Position numbers and translations under genes: made by a program
The notes under the pieces: model-generated
Databases searched by the model: none
Told to the model about the DNA's origin: nothing
What the model saw: only the letters and a program-made list of their open reading frames with translations
Assembly: GCA_951406725.2 (NCBI GenBank)
Contig: OX597815.1
Span: 40,052,001 to 40,116,000 of the forward strand
Origin: Octopus vulgaris
Lineage: Eukaryota
Direction of reading: 5' to 3'
Length of the DNA stretch: 64,000 bases
In this document: positions 49,854 to 64,000 of the stretch, piece by piece
Layout of the letters: every line of letters starts with the position of its first letter
Position numbering within the stretch: the stretch's first letter is position 1

Positions 49854-52800
49854 TACATGCCTTAGACTGACGAAGTACTCCTTTAAGAATTGATCGGAGT
49901 GTAACCACTCATCCTTCCACTTCTTGTCCTCTTATCCTTATATCACGTCTCTTATATCTTATATTAAATTCGTTTCCCGGTTCTTTCTCTTCAGAAACGT
50001 AACTCACATTTTTACTCTTGCAGACACAAAACCTCAATCATGAGTATCATTGTGCAATATGATTTTATTGTAGATTCCAGATTCATAAGAACCACACTCA
50101 ACCATAGCGGATTTGAACACAGAACGTACGGTCTAAATTAAACTCTATGTTATTTAATCATCTTTTCACTGTTTCTGACAGCTAACAGTTCTAAAGCAAC
50201 TGAATATTGATAGTAAACTACTTAATGGGGATATCGATATCGATAAATTATAAACAATAAACTGTAACGATTATTGACAGCGATTAACTTGTATTTTTAG
50301 AACGGGTTAAAGACTGAACCTAAGTTTGGAATGAGCAGTCAACGAAAATCTGACAGATGTCAGGAATTATCATGGAAGGATCTGTAGACAATTCCTTAAA
50401 ATAAACTTTTATCTATTGCTTTTTTTATTAGGAACAGATATACATAGCATAATATGACAGTGTGGCAGCAGTTGTTTAAGATATGGAACGGATGATGTAC
50501 ATCTAAATCACAGACTATAGAAGCACTCTATTCTGCATCACATCAAGCTGCCAGTCGATACTTTTTATTTATTAGGAATTAATTCTGCTATAGATGTTTT
50601 CTCTTTTTACTGTGAATAGCAACTAAACTATTCATTTGATCTGTAAACATCTAAAAGTCTTCCATTATTAACAACTTTCAGAACTTGTCACACTGTAATA
50701 TAGTCTGATTCTATTATTTACATCGTGATTATAACGGATTTCTCCAGTTTTCCGTCTGCGACCCGCCCACTGCTTTTTTCTTAGAGTTACATATTAACCG
50801 ACATTAAAAGATTTTTGTCATTAGTTCTGTAATGCTGTCTCGAATCTCTGCGTCAAAACATTACATTCAGAATCTTCCTGATGTATATGGTCAATGTACT
50901 GTTAGCTACTTGTACTTCCTTATTTTCCTGCTAAATGCTGACTTCGATTAGTCAACTTTTCTATTTGCTGATTCAATTTGTATGCATTTTCCGCAGAATT
51001 ACAGTCTTTCCAGTGGAACTATCCAGACTTTTATCCTATCTGGAATCTTAAAAATGAGACATAGATTTCCACGTTTTATATAACACTTTGTTGTCCTTGT
51101 GTTGTTGTTAGAAATCGCATTTTGTCTGTGACCAGTTCGTTGATTTCCGACCCTGTAATGTTTTCCACCTATTCCTCCTTACTTTCCAAATATGTGTTAC
51201 TCTTCTAACTTTGGATATGGAGGGGTGGATAATATTTTCATCATTTTTCATTTTGTTTTGGCAGGGTTGCTTATTTTGTTTTGTAGTACGTTACTTCATG
51301 TTCCTTTAATTGTATTCTTTTACCCTGTGACTACACTCTATCAGTTATATCAAAGTGAACGTATAAGTAATTAGAAGATAAGAACATAATTTTGCTTTTA
51401 AAATAACAATTATCTATATATTAACATACCGTGTTTCGTTGCATATTGGATATGTAGAAGTTTGTAGCTAAAGTAGAAATTCAGTAGGAAGATTGGTGGG
51501 CTTGCTGAAAGCGAATCAATATAAACTGACCACGTTCTAGAGGGTTGAATGTCTTAGTCCCTACTCAATAATAATTTTACCCAAGTTTTTGCTATGCTCT
51601 GTTTTTTTTCTGAGCTTATGTTATTTTTCTGTTGATGTAAGGTATTCGCCTCTTCACAGCCTTATTGTTGAATAAGATTCATTTTCCGTTAACTACAGTG
51701 AATAGAATCTCAAATTAGTCAAAGTTTTCAGGTTTTCAAAGAAAATGTCAAAAGACCATATAACTTTAATAGTGTGCTTACTGTTCGATCCTAGAATCTT
51801 GTGCTAGACATATCTGACAAAGACTCATCATCTGCTATTTTTCAACACCATATTCTGGCTGTGTTCACAATCTGCTGTTATCAATAAGTCTCTGAGAGGC
51901 GGAGATGTAGTGATAGTATGCTTCATCTTCTACTCTGTGAAGTAATCTTTAATCATTTTTTTATTAAAAAGTTTCTTTGGATTACTAATTTAACTGTAGA
52001 ATCTTAATTGTCTGTAACCCAAATTAATTACATGGCAAAATGATTGAAATTGTTCTACAATTAGAATTAATCTTTCGACGTTTTGTGAAGATCTAGTTCT
52101 TTATCCAAGATTTTCTTTTACTGCTTTATGTTATTTTTCAATCAATGGAAGATCATTCTCACTTCATAGACGTATTGTCGAGTCTAATAGATGTACGTCT
52201 TTTGTTAGAAGCAGCAACTATAAATAGATCGTTCTGAGCTGACCAATATCATATAATTTCTGAGGAAACTTTATAGCATCTTTTACATGTTAATAGACAT
52301 ATCCAGAACTTTCTCCTCTACTTTTCAATTCAATGAAAATAATGATAATGGTTGGATAATATTACTTTTTCTTTCCTCAATGAATATTTATTTCTAATTA
52401 GGTTTTTAATGTGAATACTTACCTCCTGTTTAAAAACTAATTGATATTATAAGATTGCATTTTTAATATTATTCGAAATTCTACTGGTGATATTCTTTGA
52501 ACTTGTGCCATAAGGTTATAGCTTGCTCCGAATTTAATATAAATATTTTTTTTTCTTACAACCTGTCTTTTCACGCAGTTTTAAAACCTATTACCATTTA
52601 CCATTTCTACTAATCTTCTTTAATTCTACTAATTTATTTCGTGCCGTGAATTACCAAGTGAAATTAGAATTGATGGTTTACTGAATTGTTGATTATAGCT
52701 ATTTAGCCAGTTTTGTCTTATTAGCTGGAAGCAATCACACACATTCTGACCGACTCTAACTGCATTTCATTTTCTATTAGCTTATCTGCTAAAAATTGTT

Positions 52801-53543
52801 CAGTGTATACTTCTCAAACTTCATCATTTAAAACATTTCCACAGATCAATTTAAAAGTTACACGTAAACAAAGTTACAGTGTTCGTTGCACAGAAATAGC
52901 TCTTTGAGGGTTGCACTTAGATAATGTTAAATACATATACTTTATGTCATGTTTTGAATTTGTTTAGCTATTCAGAGTAAAGGGCTTCTTCACAGTGATA
53001 TTTAACAGAGGAACATTGTCAAATGAAGTATCAAAAACACATCACAATGCAGTTAGTATGAGCACCGCATTGCATAGCTTTCATTTTTACTTCAGATTAT
53101 TTGCTCTTTATCTGCTGAGGAATAAACAAAGTCAATAAGAGCACTTAAAATTATTCCAGCAAGATAATATTTATCTGAATAATGCAGTAAAACTTCGATA
53201 TATATTCACGTATCTGAAATTACTTTCCCCAAATACGACATAAGGGACATGTCAAGATAAACAGTTTCAACAAAACAAAGAGCTTTAAAATCTTTAGTTA
53301 CCAACGATGCCGCAGCATGTCTGTCAGTCCAGTGACTGAAAAGAGAAAAGGAAAACAAAGAGATATATCTTAGCAAGAGAATATTTTCACTTCTTTAATT
53401 GAAGATAAAACCCGGAGACTCAAGATGATCAAGGAATTGTATTCTGGCCCTTTTATTCAAAATAGTTTTAAAAGACATAAGAACACAGTTTCCTTAAATT
53501 TCGGTAAGACTCTTGCTCAATAAAGTTCCTATACCCAAAACTT

Positions 53544-55259
53544 TATTTCATTAAGATTTGCCATAAAGGCATTACAAAGAGTAGCTTGCGGACTGGACAT
53601 ATATTGATGAGGTGAATGATGAAACAAGGATGATATTGATGAGAGAAGGCAAAACACGCCCGCCGATTTTCTGCTTCTCTAAAACATTGTTTTTTTTTTC
53701 CAACAGAATAAATAAAATGAGGTATTGAACCTCTCACGACAGTTTTTACAATTATTGGACTCAATAGTCCATTATAAATAATAACATGCAATAACATACA
53801 ATAAAATATTCAATATACAATCGACACTAGTCCATTTACAAATGAGGCGCTGAGCCTCTTACACTTCATAACACTGGGGCTTTTCAACCTCTTGTCAATT
53901 TTTCCACCTAACGAGGTATTGAACATCTCACTACAGTTCTTAGTCAATAACATGCAATAACACAATAAAATATTCAATATACAATCAACACTAGTCCATT
54001 TACAAATGAGGCGCTGAACCTCTTACACATTATAACACTGAGGCTTTTCAACCTCTTGTCAATTTTCCACCTCATCCTCGCTTGTGTCCGTCCACCATAG
54101 CCCATGCTTCCTTTAAAATCAAGGCGAGCTCCGAGTTGGCGTCACCCGGCCACGAGCGATATTCCTCTTTTAGTCGCTTCAGCTTCAGAAACACGCGCAA
54201 CGTTATGACCTCCACAGCTACCTGCGGAGGCCATTCGAGATCCTGTGTGAAGGCCAAAGGTATTCCCTCGTAGTGTTCTTTCACTACCTTTTCCACCTCT
54301 CCGCCTTTATAAAAAAAGACCAACAGTTCATCGTCATTCGGGTCCGAGGGGGTTAATTTTTCCGTTGACGGCACAATTCCCGCCAATGGTGTTTCCCCCC
54401 GATCCGGTGGCACAACCGACGAGGCTCCGTGACACTCCGGTGCCATGGCTCCGTCTTACTTTCAAGTTCTTTTAACCATTTTTTTTTGGGGGGGGGGTAA
54501 TTTCCCACTTCAACTTTTCATTGTTATTTGCCATGTTTCTTTTTTAAAAAAGAGTCCAAAAATACAATTCTTAAAATATAAAATAATTAAGGAAAAAGAA
54601 AGAAGAGGAAAAAAGTCCAAACAAAAAGAGAGAAAAAAATTAACAGTTTAACAAAGAGTTTTTTTTAATAAAAGATAGATGAAGAGAAAGCAACAGTTCA
54701 AAACACAACAAAGGCCACTCGGTACTCCAGGCCAAAATTTTGACGCAATTGTAAAACAGTTAAAAAATCATTCCAATTTTTTTCTCGTAAGTACTCCTTT
54801 CTATAATGAAGCTTTATAGTGACATTAGTGTGTCCATTTTCCTCTATCACTATCTTCGTTGAGAAGATAGATCCAATGTCAAGGATCAATGATCATCCAA
54901 AACGACCGATGCCGCCTCCCAGCTTCAGGAGGTTACCAGAAATCCAATCTGTCGTAAAATACTTGACAGGAACAATATTGTTGAAACACTATTTTCAAAC
55001 AAAGTTTTGGGGCAGGACACGCCCACCAAACCAATAAATTTCACAATTAAGTAAAAAGAAATTTTCACTCAGCCTCAGGCAGACTAGAGTCCAGTGAGGA
55101 CTTATTGTTTGTAAAAATAATTGCGACATACAACAGGCCCTCACTAGACAGAAAAAAGTCGTACCTTACAGCTGAGTTTCAAAAATCTTCAATTTAAGAC
55201 GGCTTCAAAAACACGTCTTACCGCTTCGGTGTCAAACACAATTCTGTCTCGCTCATGCC
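53544..55259 (-). mobile_element. 1.7-kb non-autonomous LINE derivative (Tx1-like inferred) with a 16-bp TSD
   Basis: TSD cctatacccaaaactt at 53528-53543 and 55260-55275. Minus-strand ORF 54072-54446. Two tandem units (~195 and ~160 bp) in the 3' region (53717-54073). Tail ...taatgaaata. Confidence 0.65.
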
Positions 55260-55623
55260 CCTATACCCAAAACTTGGTACAACATGCAATCCAAACGTAA
55301 TAAGAAATACGTAACTCGTGGAGGAATCTTCTATGGTTCCTTATGAGCAAAGAACTACAGAAGGCTCGATATCTCAATGTTTCATCTGTCCGTAATCGAA
55401 CTGGACAACGCCAGTGACGAGTCCTGAGATCCAAGAGTCCTGATCCATGATTCATTTCTATAATTAAGCTTTATAGTGACATTAGTGTGTCCATTTTCCT
55501 CTATCACTATCTTCGTTGAGAAGATAGATCCAATGTCAAGGATCAATGATCATCCAAAACGACCGATGCCGCCTCCCAGCTTCAGGAGGTTACCAGAAAT
55601 CCAATCTGTCGTAAAATACTTGA
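54798..55623 (+). repeat. 169-bp direct repeat with one mismatch (54798-54966 and 55455-55623)
   Basis: Seen directly, offset 657 bp. Both copies give the same ORF start 'MTLVCPFSSITIF...'. Confidence 0.95.
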
Positions 55624-56057
55624 AGCTGACAGCCACAATACTTTTTCTCTCATGCTAACTTTTGTCTTCCTGGACTTACCTATAAGACAGTTGGTAGGGC
55701 AGATAAGTCACCTCATTTGTAACTATCTACCCCTACCTACTCCTCTCCTGGGCAAATATTCTGATAAGAACTCAGGTTTCATCACACCCAAAGTAATATT
55801 GCGGTGCGCTTGTTTACTACTTCGAGCGCTATCATTAAACAGTCGTTGATACTTTGCTGGATTCACTCGACTTTTTGATAAGTTTTGTCTTTATTCTAAT
55901 GTTTCAAGCAATCATTCGTTCACTAGGCACGCCTGGTGGATATTCAGGTCTAGTTACCAACGACCCGATCATCTCACGACCTGTGGCAGATTACATATTA
56001 GCAGTAGTTCTCAGATCGGCCAAACACAAATACACACGTTCATACAGACGCAAACAA

Positions 56058-56119
56058 GCATACATACATACATACATACATACATACATACATACATACA
56101 TACATACATACATACATAC
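56058..56119. repeat. (TACA)n microsatellite
   Basis: Visible in sequence. Confidence 0.95.
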
Positions 56120-56657
56120 GTATAATTAAATGCAGATAAGCATAGGGTAGTGAGCCGAAAGGAATTGTTTAATCCATTAATAATAATTACTATACTGAAA
56201 GTCATTATCATAATGATATTTTTTGTGAATTAAAGCAAGCTGCACATCACTGAAATTGAAACTGATTTGAAAAGTCCGCCAAAGATATTAAGAGAATTAT
56301 GATGTTTCTCCTTAAGAAAGTAATTTCAACTGATTAAGGATTAGTTTTGGTTCGCTACATAAACTACGTTGGTTTGTTCTTAGCTATATACTTTCCATAT
56401 TGAAGGTCCCCTTGGTTAATGTGCATTTGTCACTTTATACATTAATTGCAATCCTATACCGATATATTTACCTCTATATATGTACTTCTTTCTTTATAAA
56501 CATATACTTCAAGAAATACTAACTATGCGCGCGCGTGTGTGTGTATGTGTATGTTTGTGTCTGTGTGTGTATGAGCGTCTCTATACGCCTGTATATGTGT
56601 GCATGATGTAACATTTGGTACCATGTAATTTTTTTTTTCTTTAATTTATTTCAATAG

Positions 56658-57251
56658 GTTTGCCTTCAGAAATTTACGGAATTTGGAGTGCTTACCCTTG
56701 GCCGTTTGGACTCATCTACTGTTTCTTCAAATCAATGATGTCAGAGGTAACATCTTATGCTTCAGTTCTAACCATTACTGCATTCACCGTTGAACGTTAC
56801 ATGGCAATCTGCCACCCACTCTGGGCTTATACAGTATCAACACTGAGCCGAACCCTGAAGGTGATATTGGGTATCTGGATAACTTCTATACTCATAGCAC
56901 TTCCATATCCACTGTACACACGATTGAGCTACCTAGTGAGCAACCCAGAGACTGGAGAACCACTCACTGATTCTCTCCAATGCACCATCCCCAAGGAGTT
57001 TTTAGACGGTATGACAATCATGTTCAAGATCTCAACATTCCTCTTTTTCGTCACGCCACTGTTTGTGCTCATTATCCTCTACACATTGATTGTTATCACA
57101 GTAAACAGAGCTACTGTTCAACGACCGTCACATAATCAAAGAAGATTGACTTCTATTTCAACGATATCCAGTAGCGGACGAAGTAACTTGGCTAACAGCA
57201 GGCGAAGCAAAGCGATATCAAATACACGAGGATCCGTTTTGAAACTTCTAG
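56658..57251 (+). CDS. Same GPCR, second coding exon (end of TM2 to TM5 and ICL3)
   Basis: T-rich acceptor ...TCAATAG| ending at 56657. The phase-1 join gives 'LVVG-LPSEIYGIWSAYPWPFG..C', then 'SYASVLTITAFTVERYMAICHP' (ERY), TM4, TM5 and an S/R-rich ICL3. Donor G|GTAAGC after 57251. No TM6-7 exon was found in the window. Confidence 0.93.
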
Positions 57252-58141
57252 GTAAGCTTTTATTCGTTTTTATTTAAGTTAATGTTAATGCCGTTCATAT
57301 CAGAATTTTGGTAGCTCCGGTTAGCTCAAACCGAGCTCACTCATCTCACAGAAATAGTAAATCAGAGAAAACATTTCTTCATCATTTTTATTCATGACAC
57401 TCTGTTAACATTTAGAGCATGTTACCTAGAATTTGGATAGGGGAGGGGGCTTCTCCATGTTAAAAATTGATGTTTGGGAAGAAAAGGAGCACCAACTGAG
57501 TAAGCTCGTGTTGGCAAGTTGGTAAAGGTACATCTGTGTGCATGAATGTGCGTGCGCGAGCGAGCGAGAGATAAAGATGGAGGGAAGGAGGTATATTATT
57601 TCTGCGGAGCTAAATAACAGATCGGTGTTTGGCTTGAAATAATTCAACACATACGCAGAAGTTAAACTTTCTGAGCAAAAATATGATTTAAAAAAAGCTA
57701 AATCATGAAGGAAAAGTTCAAAATCAAATCCTTACAAACATCTAAGTAACCTTTTATTGGAAAAGTCTAGGACAAGATTCATGCGTATGAAATCTGTAGT
57801 TGAAATAGCTACTAGTCATCCTACTTTTGCTTGTCACTGGTTATTTAAATATCGATATTAGAGATATTAGTACATGTCATACAAGGATGTTATTACATGA
57901 ACCATTTATGTACAGATATATCGTCACCTCATCTTGATCGTTCTTTTTCTTCTTTCAAAAGTCTTGTGGTGATGGAGGAGTCATGACTTGTGCAGACATA
58001 ACTACTTGTAAGCACATAGTCACATGTCTGCGCGGTACAAGTGAGAGTCTTTTGAACAATGAATAATGAGATGGCTAGCATCTGACAAGATAAAGCAATT
58101 ATCAATCATATGTGTTTGCAAGTTTATATACATGCATGCGT

Positions 58142-58143
<2 letters not shown>

Positions 58144-58233
<90 letters not shown>

Positions 58234-58260
58234 TGTGTGTGTGTGTGTGTGTATGTATAT
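58144..58260. repeat. (TA)n(TG)n compound microsatellite
   Basis: Visible in sequence. Confidence 0.95.
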
Positions 58261-60334
58261 ATGAATATGAAGAAAATCCAGACGTTATATATTTATCCTT
58301 ATATAGATATGAACGTACGTACGTATGTATGTATGTTAAATACAAAGAGAAGTAAAATCAGTATTAATTGTAAAAAGTTAAAAGAAGCTTAGAATAGATA
58401 CTTCACTGATATCAATGATTTTTAGCAGACAGCAAACGAATCTTCAACTGGACATGAGATTAGACGATTGCAAGTAACTTTCTCAGAAATTCTTACACCT
58501 ATTCCTGGAAGTTCTGTAAAAGGAAACAGTTGGAATAATGTATTCCATCCACAGATATAGGTGGATTTTTTGTTTAACCCCAGATCAGCTCTAGTCTTTG
58601 GTCAAAGGAGTTCTGACCCTGAACATAGTTATTTTTAATATATCTAGAGGACATATTATCCAATTTCTCCTTCTCTTTCTCTCTACGTCTCTATCTCCCT
58701 CTTTCTTTTTTAAGACACTAGTGTGAGATGCGAGAGATTTGACAGCTATTTCTAGCAAGTCGAGTTACTATTGATTTCAACGTAGGAAGCATGAGCAAGT
58801 CGTCCGATAACGTAACAACACAGCTAGTGTGTAAATCAACAGAAGTGATATTGATGATTAATCACTTCTATAACACAACCTTCTCTTAGCATCAAATTGA
58901 AGATAAAAATATGTTAGACTCTAAGTATTGGGAATAGAAGTAAAAGAATAAACTATAAAAAAACAAGAGGAAGTATGCAATGATATTAAATATAAAATTG
59001 TTTCCTTCTTCTTGTCTCGGGTTGCAACTGGATCTCACTTCATAAATTACTATTTTTCTATTAGTGTCGCTTATATCCAGTTTCATTCATGTGAATATCT
59101 TGATATATTTACATAGTTTTTTTTTTTTTTCACAAAAGAATTAGTAATGAAATCAATAATCATTTGTAAGAAATGGAGCTGTATAAAGTAAATTAGTCAC
59201 TGAAAAGTAACATAAAACCTTTTCCGCTAAACATATTCTTCAATTTGCCTCTCTTTCTTTGCGCTTTTCCTTTTTAAAAATTCTTTTATATGTTTTCAAT
59301 TCATATCTCTTTATATATATATTTGCTTCAAGAATATTTTAAATTCGCTATTTTACTAAAGAAACGAGCTTAAAACCTAGAGGCTCATTGTGATTGCATT
59401 CTAATACTAGCTCAATTGTAAATATGATTATACATCAGTCTACTGCATTTGCCATGAATGCATTATCACATAAAACTTCCCATCATCCTCATCAAAATGA
59501 TCATTGTTATCACCATTAGCTGCTGATAAAATAAGAAATATTTTAGAGGAATATAATTCTACAAGAAATAGCTAATAGATTGAGGCGGGGTCTTTTTTAT
59601 TATCAAGTTACGATAACAGAAGTAGGCAAGGAGAGGTTATTTTATTAATCGTCTCTAATTTGAAGACAATTAAGAATTGAAATACAAAAAATGGAAATGG
59701 CAATTTAGCATTTCCTTACATTATGTTGAATTTTTCAAACAGCACATGACAACAGCTAGAATTACAAACGACATAGTAAACTGGAAAAATATACGTTTGT
59801 CGTGTTGTCTATACAATTATCTTACACGATGAAAGGTTTGTGGCCCTCAAATTCTTCTTGGGCCATCACTCTACGCTCGATCCCAGCATCCAACTATTCT
59901 TTGCGTCGTCGAACAAGTCCTCACTTTCAACTGATCTTCCTTTTCCGGTGATTTTTAGCAACATATTAATTCAGTGGTTATAAGCACCAAGATTGGGCTC
60001 CAACCACACTAATTTGTTTGTTGGTTACTCTGAGCCCCAAATATCGCCCAGTTCCCTGGTCCCATCCCAAAGCTATATGACTGTTACATCGATGGCTGTA
60101 TCAGTGCCACTTTTCTCCCTCACAAACAGCTAACCGCCTTCGTTTACTCCAACTCCTCCCACCCTGCTGCTTTACATTCACATCTCCGACGACTCAATAA
60201 ACTTCTTAGATATCTACTTCAATTTATCTCCAACTTCCCCATCACCATATTTTATAAACCTTTCGATTATCATGCCTGCCTTGAATTTGCATCATCCCAC
60301 TTCAGTCACACTAAATCAACCTCCACTGCCTCTA

Positions 60335-60661
60335 CGAGGGACGTTCAATAAGTAATGCCCCTGACCCACTTGCAGTTGTTTGATCTAGCTGAAATTTAGC
60401 TGCCATTTTGGAAGATCGACGCATAATCATTCATGACCATTTGCATATGCAAAAAGTGTCTGCCAGATGGATTCCCAGGTTGCTCACACCTTTCCAGAAG
60501 CAAGAACGTGTCGAGTGCTCGAGGATGAATTTGGAGATGTGCCAAGAAGATGAGTCAAAATTTTTCAAAAGACTGATTACACAGGATGAAACCTGGGTCC
60601 ATCATTATGATCCAGAGACCAAAACCCAGTCAATGCAGTGGAAGCACCGTGACTCACCTCG
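60335..60661 (+). mobile_element. 327-bp mini-mariner (double deletion derivative)
   Basis: TA|cgagggacgttcaataagt ... cctcg|TA. Retains 'KVSARWIP...ITQDETWVHHYDPETK.QSMQWK'. Confidence 0.8.
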
Positions 60662-61479
60662 TATAACCAAAACATGAGTTTTGAAGTCAGGTATCCAGCA
60701 AATAGTCAACATCTAGTAAAGTTATCCCCCAACCAGCCGTGGACACCGTTCTTCCTTGCGCCATAACTTCACACTATTTCTACCCTCAAGCCTTTCGTTC
60801 CCCGCTCACTTCCATCCCGATACTCTACCTCTCAACTCTACAGTCGCTCGAACCTGCTACCTCCCACATCTTTCCAGAATATCCTCACCCTTCCTTCAGA
60901 TGAGACCACAACTTGTGTGATTTCTGATGCACAATTCTTTCGCTCCTTTCCCCACTTAATTTCGATCTTTTGCCTGTTGCCGCCCCCCCGCCCCCCACCA
61001 GCTATTTTTTCAAAACATCGCTATTTAACTTCAAAGTTTGATCTTTTTTTCTCACATTCTTTTCGAAATATTAATTTCCATATTTCTACAATGACATCTA
61101 TAGTTAATTTCAGACAGGTTTCCGATTTCTTTGTGGGTTTTGAATTACTCTTGTTTTATATATATGCCAAAATATCGTAATTTTTAAACAATAGAATATT
61201 CATTAAATTAACACCGCTGGGCTTTTGTAATAATAAATTAGAGATAATAAATGTAATTTATATTATAGGGAAATTGTTTTCGTTTGCATTATAGATAGTA
61301 TAAGAAAATACCATGATAAAATATAATAATTAGATATGGTAAGAAAGTACAAATGATCTGAAATGTTAGCCAAAAGAAGGAATATCATTGAAATTGATAA
61401 ATTTAGCGCACTAATTGGAAATAAAACAACAGGAATGGTATATAACGACCTACACTCATAAATATTTTTGTAGGAATAA

Positions 61480-62530
61480 ATTCAGGTCATGTATGGGAGC
61501 ATGCGCCGTTGCAGCGCATTACTGCATCTACCATTTATCAGTATTTGCTAGGATCGTCCCGGGCAACCCTCCCAACGATATCCCAGTCAGTCCCCATCTC
61601 CAGGAGATACTAACTTATCCACCATGACAATGTGGTATGTGGCCGACCAACTCGAGCCGTCACTCCAGCCAAATCCTCAGAGAGGAGGATCCAATTCGAA
61701 AAAATCGAGCAACATGATCAAACAGTCTGAGCTGATGCTCCCGAATCATACAAGTAACAGGACGCAGCCAAGTTTCTGGGGTAGAGTCGTTGGTTGGATA
61801 CGAAATCGTACTAATGGTAACCCATAATCCTGTGAACCGTCCTGGTACCAAAGGAGTTCAGATGGCTCCTAAAGCTTCGGACAGTAGAGCAAGCTAGGGA
61901 AAATCAGAGACCTGAACATTTGTCCTTCTGCTCAGATATTGGCAGAGCCAAACACTCCTGTCCAGTGATTTCCCACCTATACTAGAAGGTCCTAATCTTT
62001 TTAAGACTTCAGACTCACAGAAAATGCTGGTATGGATCATACTGCCGAGCTAAACAACTTTGACATTCACACCCGCAACAGAGGCAGACAAGCTGGAGTC
62101 CACCATGAAGCCAATAAAAGACTAGCTTTGTCTTGATTCAAGAAACTCTAAGGCCAAGTAGTTCCTCTACCTCACTTGGTAAAAGGAGAGCACATCTTGA
62201 GACATCCAGAGACTTTGCAAGAATAACAGCATCATCAGCAAGATCTAGATCAGTAACTCTAGTTTCACCAATGAGCGCTCCACAACTCGATCGAGCCATC
62301 CGGCTAGCTTTCCAGTCTATGCAGACATTGAGCAGAGTGGGAGCCAAAACACAATCCTTAAGGACCCCAGATCTAACCAGAAAGAAATGTCAGATGTTTG
62401 AGCCCCAAACTGAACTGTGCTCACTGTTCCAGTATACAAGGCCGTCATAAGCTCAACCAGTCGGGGTGGTGTACCTCTCATCTCCAGGATCTTCCAGAGC
62501 ACATCCCTGTCAACCGAGTCAAATGCCTTA
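61480..62530 (-). mobile_element. RTE-like LINE RT/3' fragment
   Basis: 'LWKILEMRG.P', 'APTLLN', 'DLDLADDAVI' and 'QLRLFDHVAR'. Confidence 0.8.
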
Positions 62531-64000
62531 ATAGGAATAACTTAACAACCAAATATGAGAGGAACAGAATTATAATTTTATCGTCACCGTCGTTCATATG
62601 CATGACATCTTGTGCTCATTGATGTTATTTTTGCTGCTAATATCTAATCTCAATGCTTGCACGATGTCGTCATACAAACTGAAATGATAGTCGAAAGTTT
62701 TTCCCTTTTTTTTATCAAACACCCCAGCATATAAATTCTTAAGCCTTTATATCATTTCTGTCAAATATCATTTCCATTTCTGTTTATTAACTTGCAACAC
62801 CACCTCTTTCAACTAAAACCTTCAGCAATTGCTGTCTGGAGGCTACAATTTATCCTCTTTCGATCAACAGATGGAAATAAAAGTGAAATATTATCCTGAT
62901 AGTCTTATATTGCCAATCGTCTGTTCTAATATCGTTTTTGTGTTGTAAATTAACGATGATTGATTGATCTATGTCAATGATTTTAGCTAGTAGCTTATTT
63001 TAACTGATCTTTTCATGTACCTACTGATGTCGCTTTACATCACTACTAACGGTTCTCATTCACTTTCACCACATTACTTTTAACAACCTTAATAGAAACA
63101 CAAAACCTAACATGACACCTAACATGACTGCCATTTAACGCTTTAAAATTCTTCTTTGTCTCACTATTTGCATACGAAGTTTATTTAGTTGTCTAGAAAA
63201 TTTCCTGCCATGCTGCCACATGGTTATCTTTGTGATAAAAAGACACTGAAGATGTCGGACACTTTAGAGCTCTAAATTAAATTACGTGCAGTATTTGAGC
63301 CAATGCGAGAATCTCTTTGTGGTCGCTTGACTAGTAGTAATAGCTGCAAATCTTCCTCAAACAACACTTTACTGTTTCAAAAGCAGTTAATAATATAAAT
63401 CTTGGTATAAATGTTTTAAAATATGTGGTGTTGACGGCCTTAACTCTTTTCATTACATGCCTGACTGATCAGAGTTGGCCTGTAGTTAAACAACTTGCAG
63501 TATTCCGTTTTCACTTGTGTAGTTTCATACTCAAATCCCACAAATCTATTGTGACTGATAAAATATGCATTAGTGATGTAAATTTTAAAAAAGCACTACT
63601 GAGCATATCTTTAATCCCCGCTCCCACTGTCAAAAAATACCTCCAACACTAAAAAGGGCTATTTAATACTGTGTGGTGAAATACCATGGTGATTTAGCTG
63701 CTGTTTCTAGTAGATCGAGTACTCACATAGAGGCTCCTTTGTTGATTCGTTATGTTCTTTTAACTTCTTATTTTTATAGTTTAAACAGTTTCCTTAATTT
63801 CATCAGGTACCCTATATGTAGCACTGATTAAACTTTCTCCAGCACAAAAAAAGGAAAGACTAAGGCAGTAATTTGCATTCTAGTTTGAAACTTAATTGAC
63901 TTCTATATTGCTTCTTACTAAAATTGAATATAACTGCTTTTTCATTGAGATAGCTCTGTTATTACTACTTCACCTACAACTCTTTAGATTAATAATCAAT

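Noticed and set aside
50100-53400. Long AT-rich stretch without annotation
   Set aside because: No ORFs, repeats or motifs could be supported. Treated as ordinary intron.
53717-54073. Tandem repeats as a CRISPR-like array
   Set aside because: Only two long units, no unique spacers, eukaryotic context and no cas genes.
57252-64000. Search for the GPCR TM6-TM7 exon
   Set aside because: No CWxPF or NPxxY-like motif was found. The exon is presumably beyond the window.

Overview
AT-rich, microsatellite- and transposon-dense animal genomic DNA. The SINE and repeat complement points to an octopus or other coleoid cephalopod (inference). The only host gene is a rhodopsin-family peptide GPCR of the neuromedin-U/PRXamide (pyrokinin/CAPA) receptor group. 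Coding exon A (6707-7037, TM1-TM2) splices in phase 1 across a 49,620-bp intron to exon B (56658-57251, end of TM2 to ICL3). The TM6-TM7 exon lies beyond the window. The rest is decayed mobile DNA: DD37D(maT)-, DD41D-like and DD34D mariner elements, Tigger/pogo, a non-autonomous Helitron, Tx1-, CR1-, RTE- and R4/Dong-like LINEs, Penelope-like elements and tRNA-derived SINEs. The most unusual structures are: (1) a TA-flanked, Tigger-TIR-bounded composite carrying a Tx1 LINE RT, whose inverted repeats have absorbed the LINE 3' tail; (2) a short element with a tRNA-like head and a hammerhead-ribozyme tail, plus three other hammerhead remnants; (3) a SINE tail shared with a Tx1 LINE; (4) a Helitron at the centre of a microsatellite-armed palindrome; (5) nests of R4/Dong-like insertions in (TAA)n arrays; (6) several short local duplications, one captured inside a TSD-bounded retroelement. 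All family assignments were made by eye from motifs, and no database search was run.
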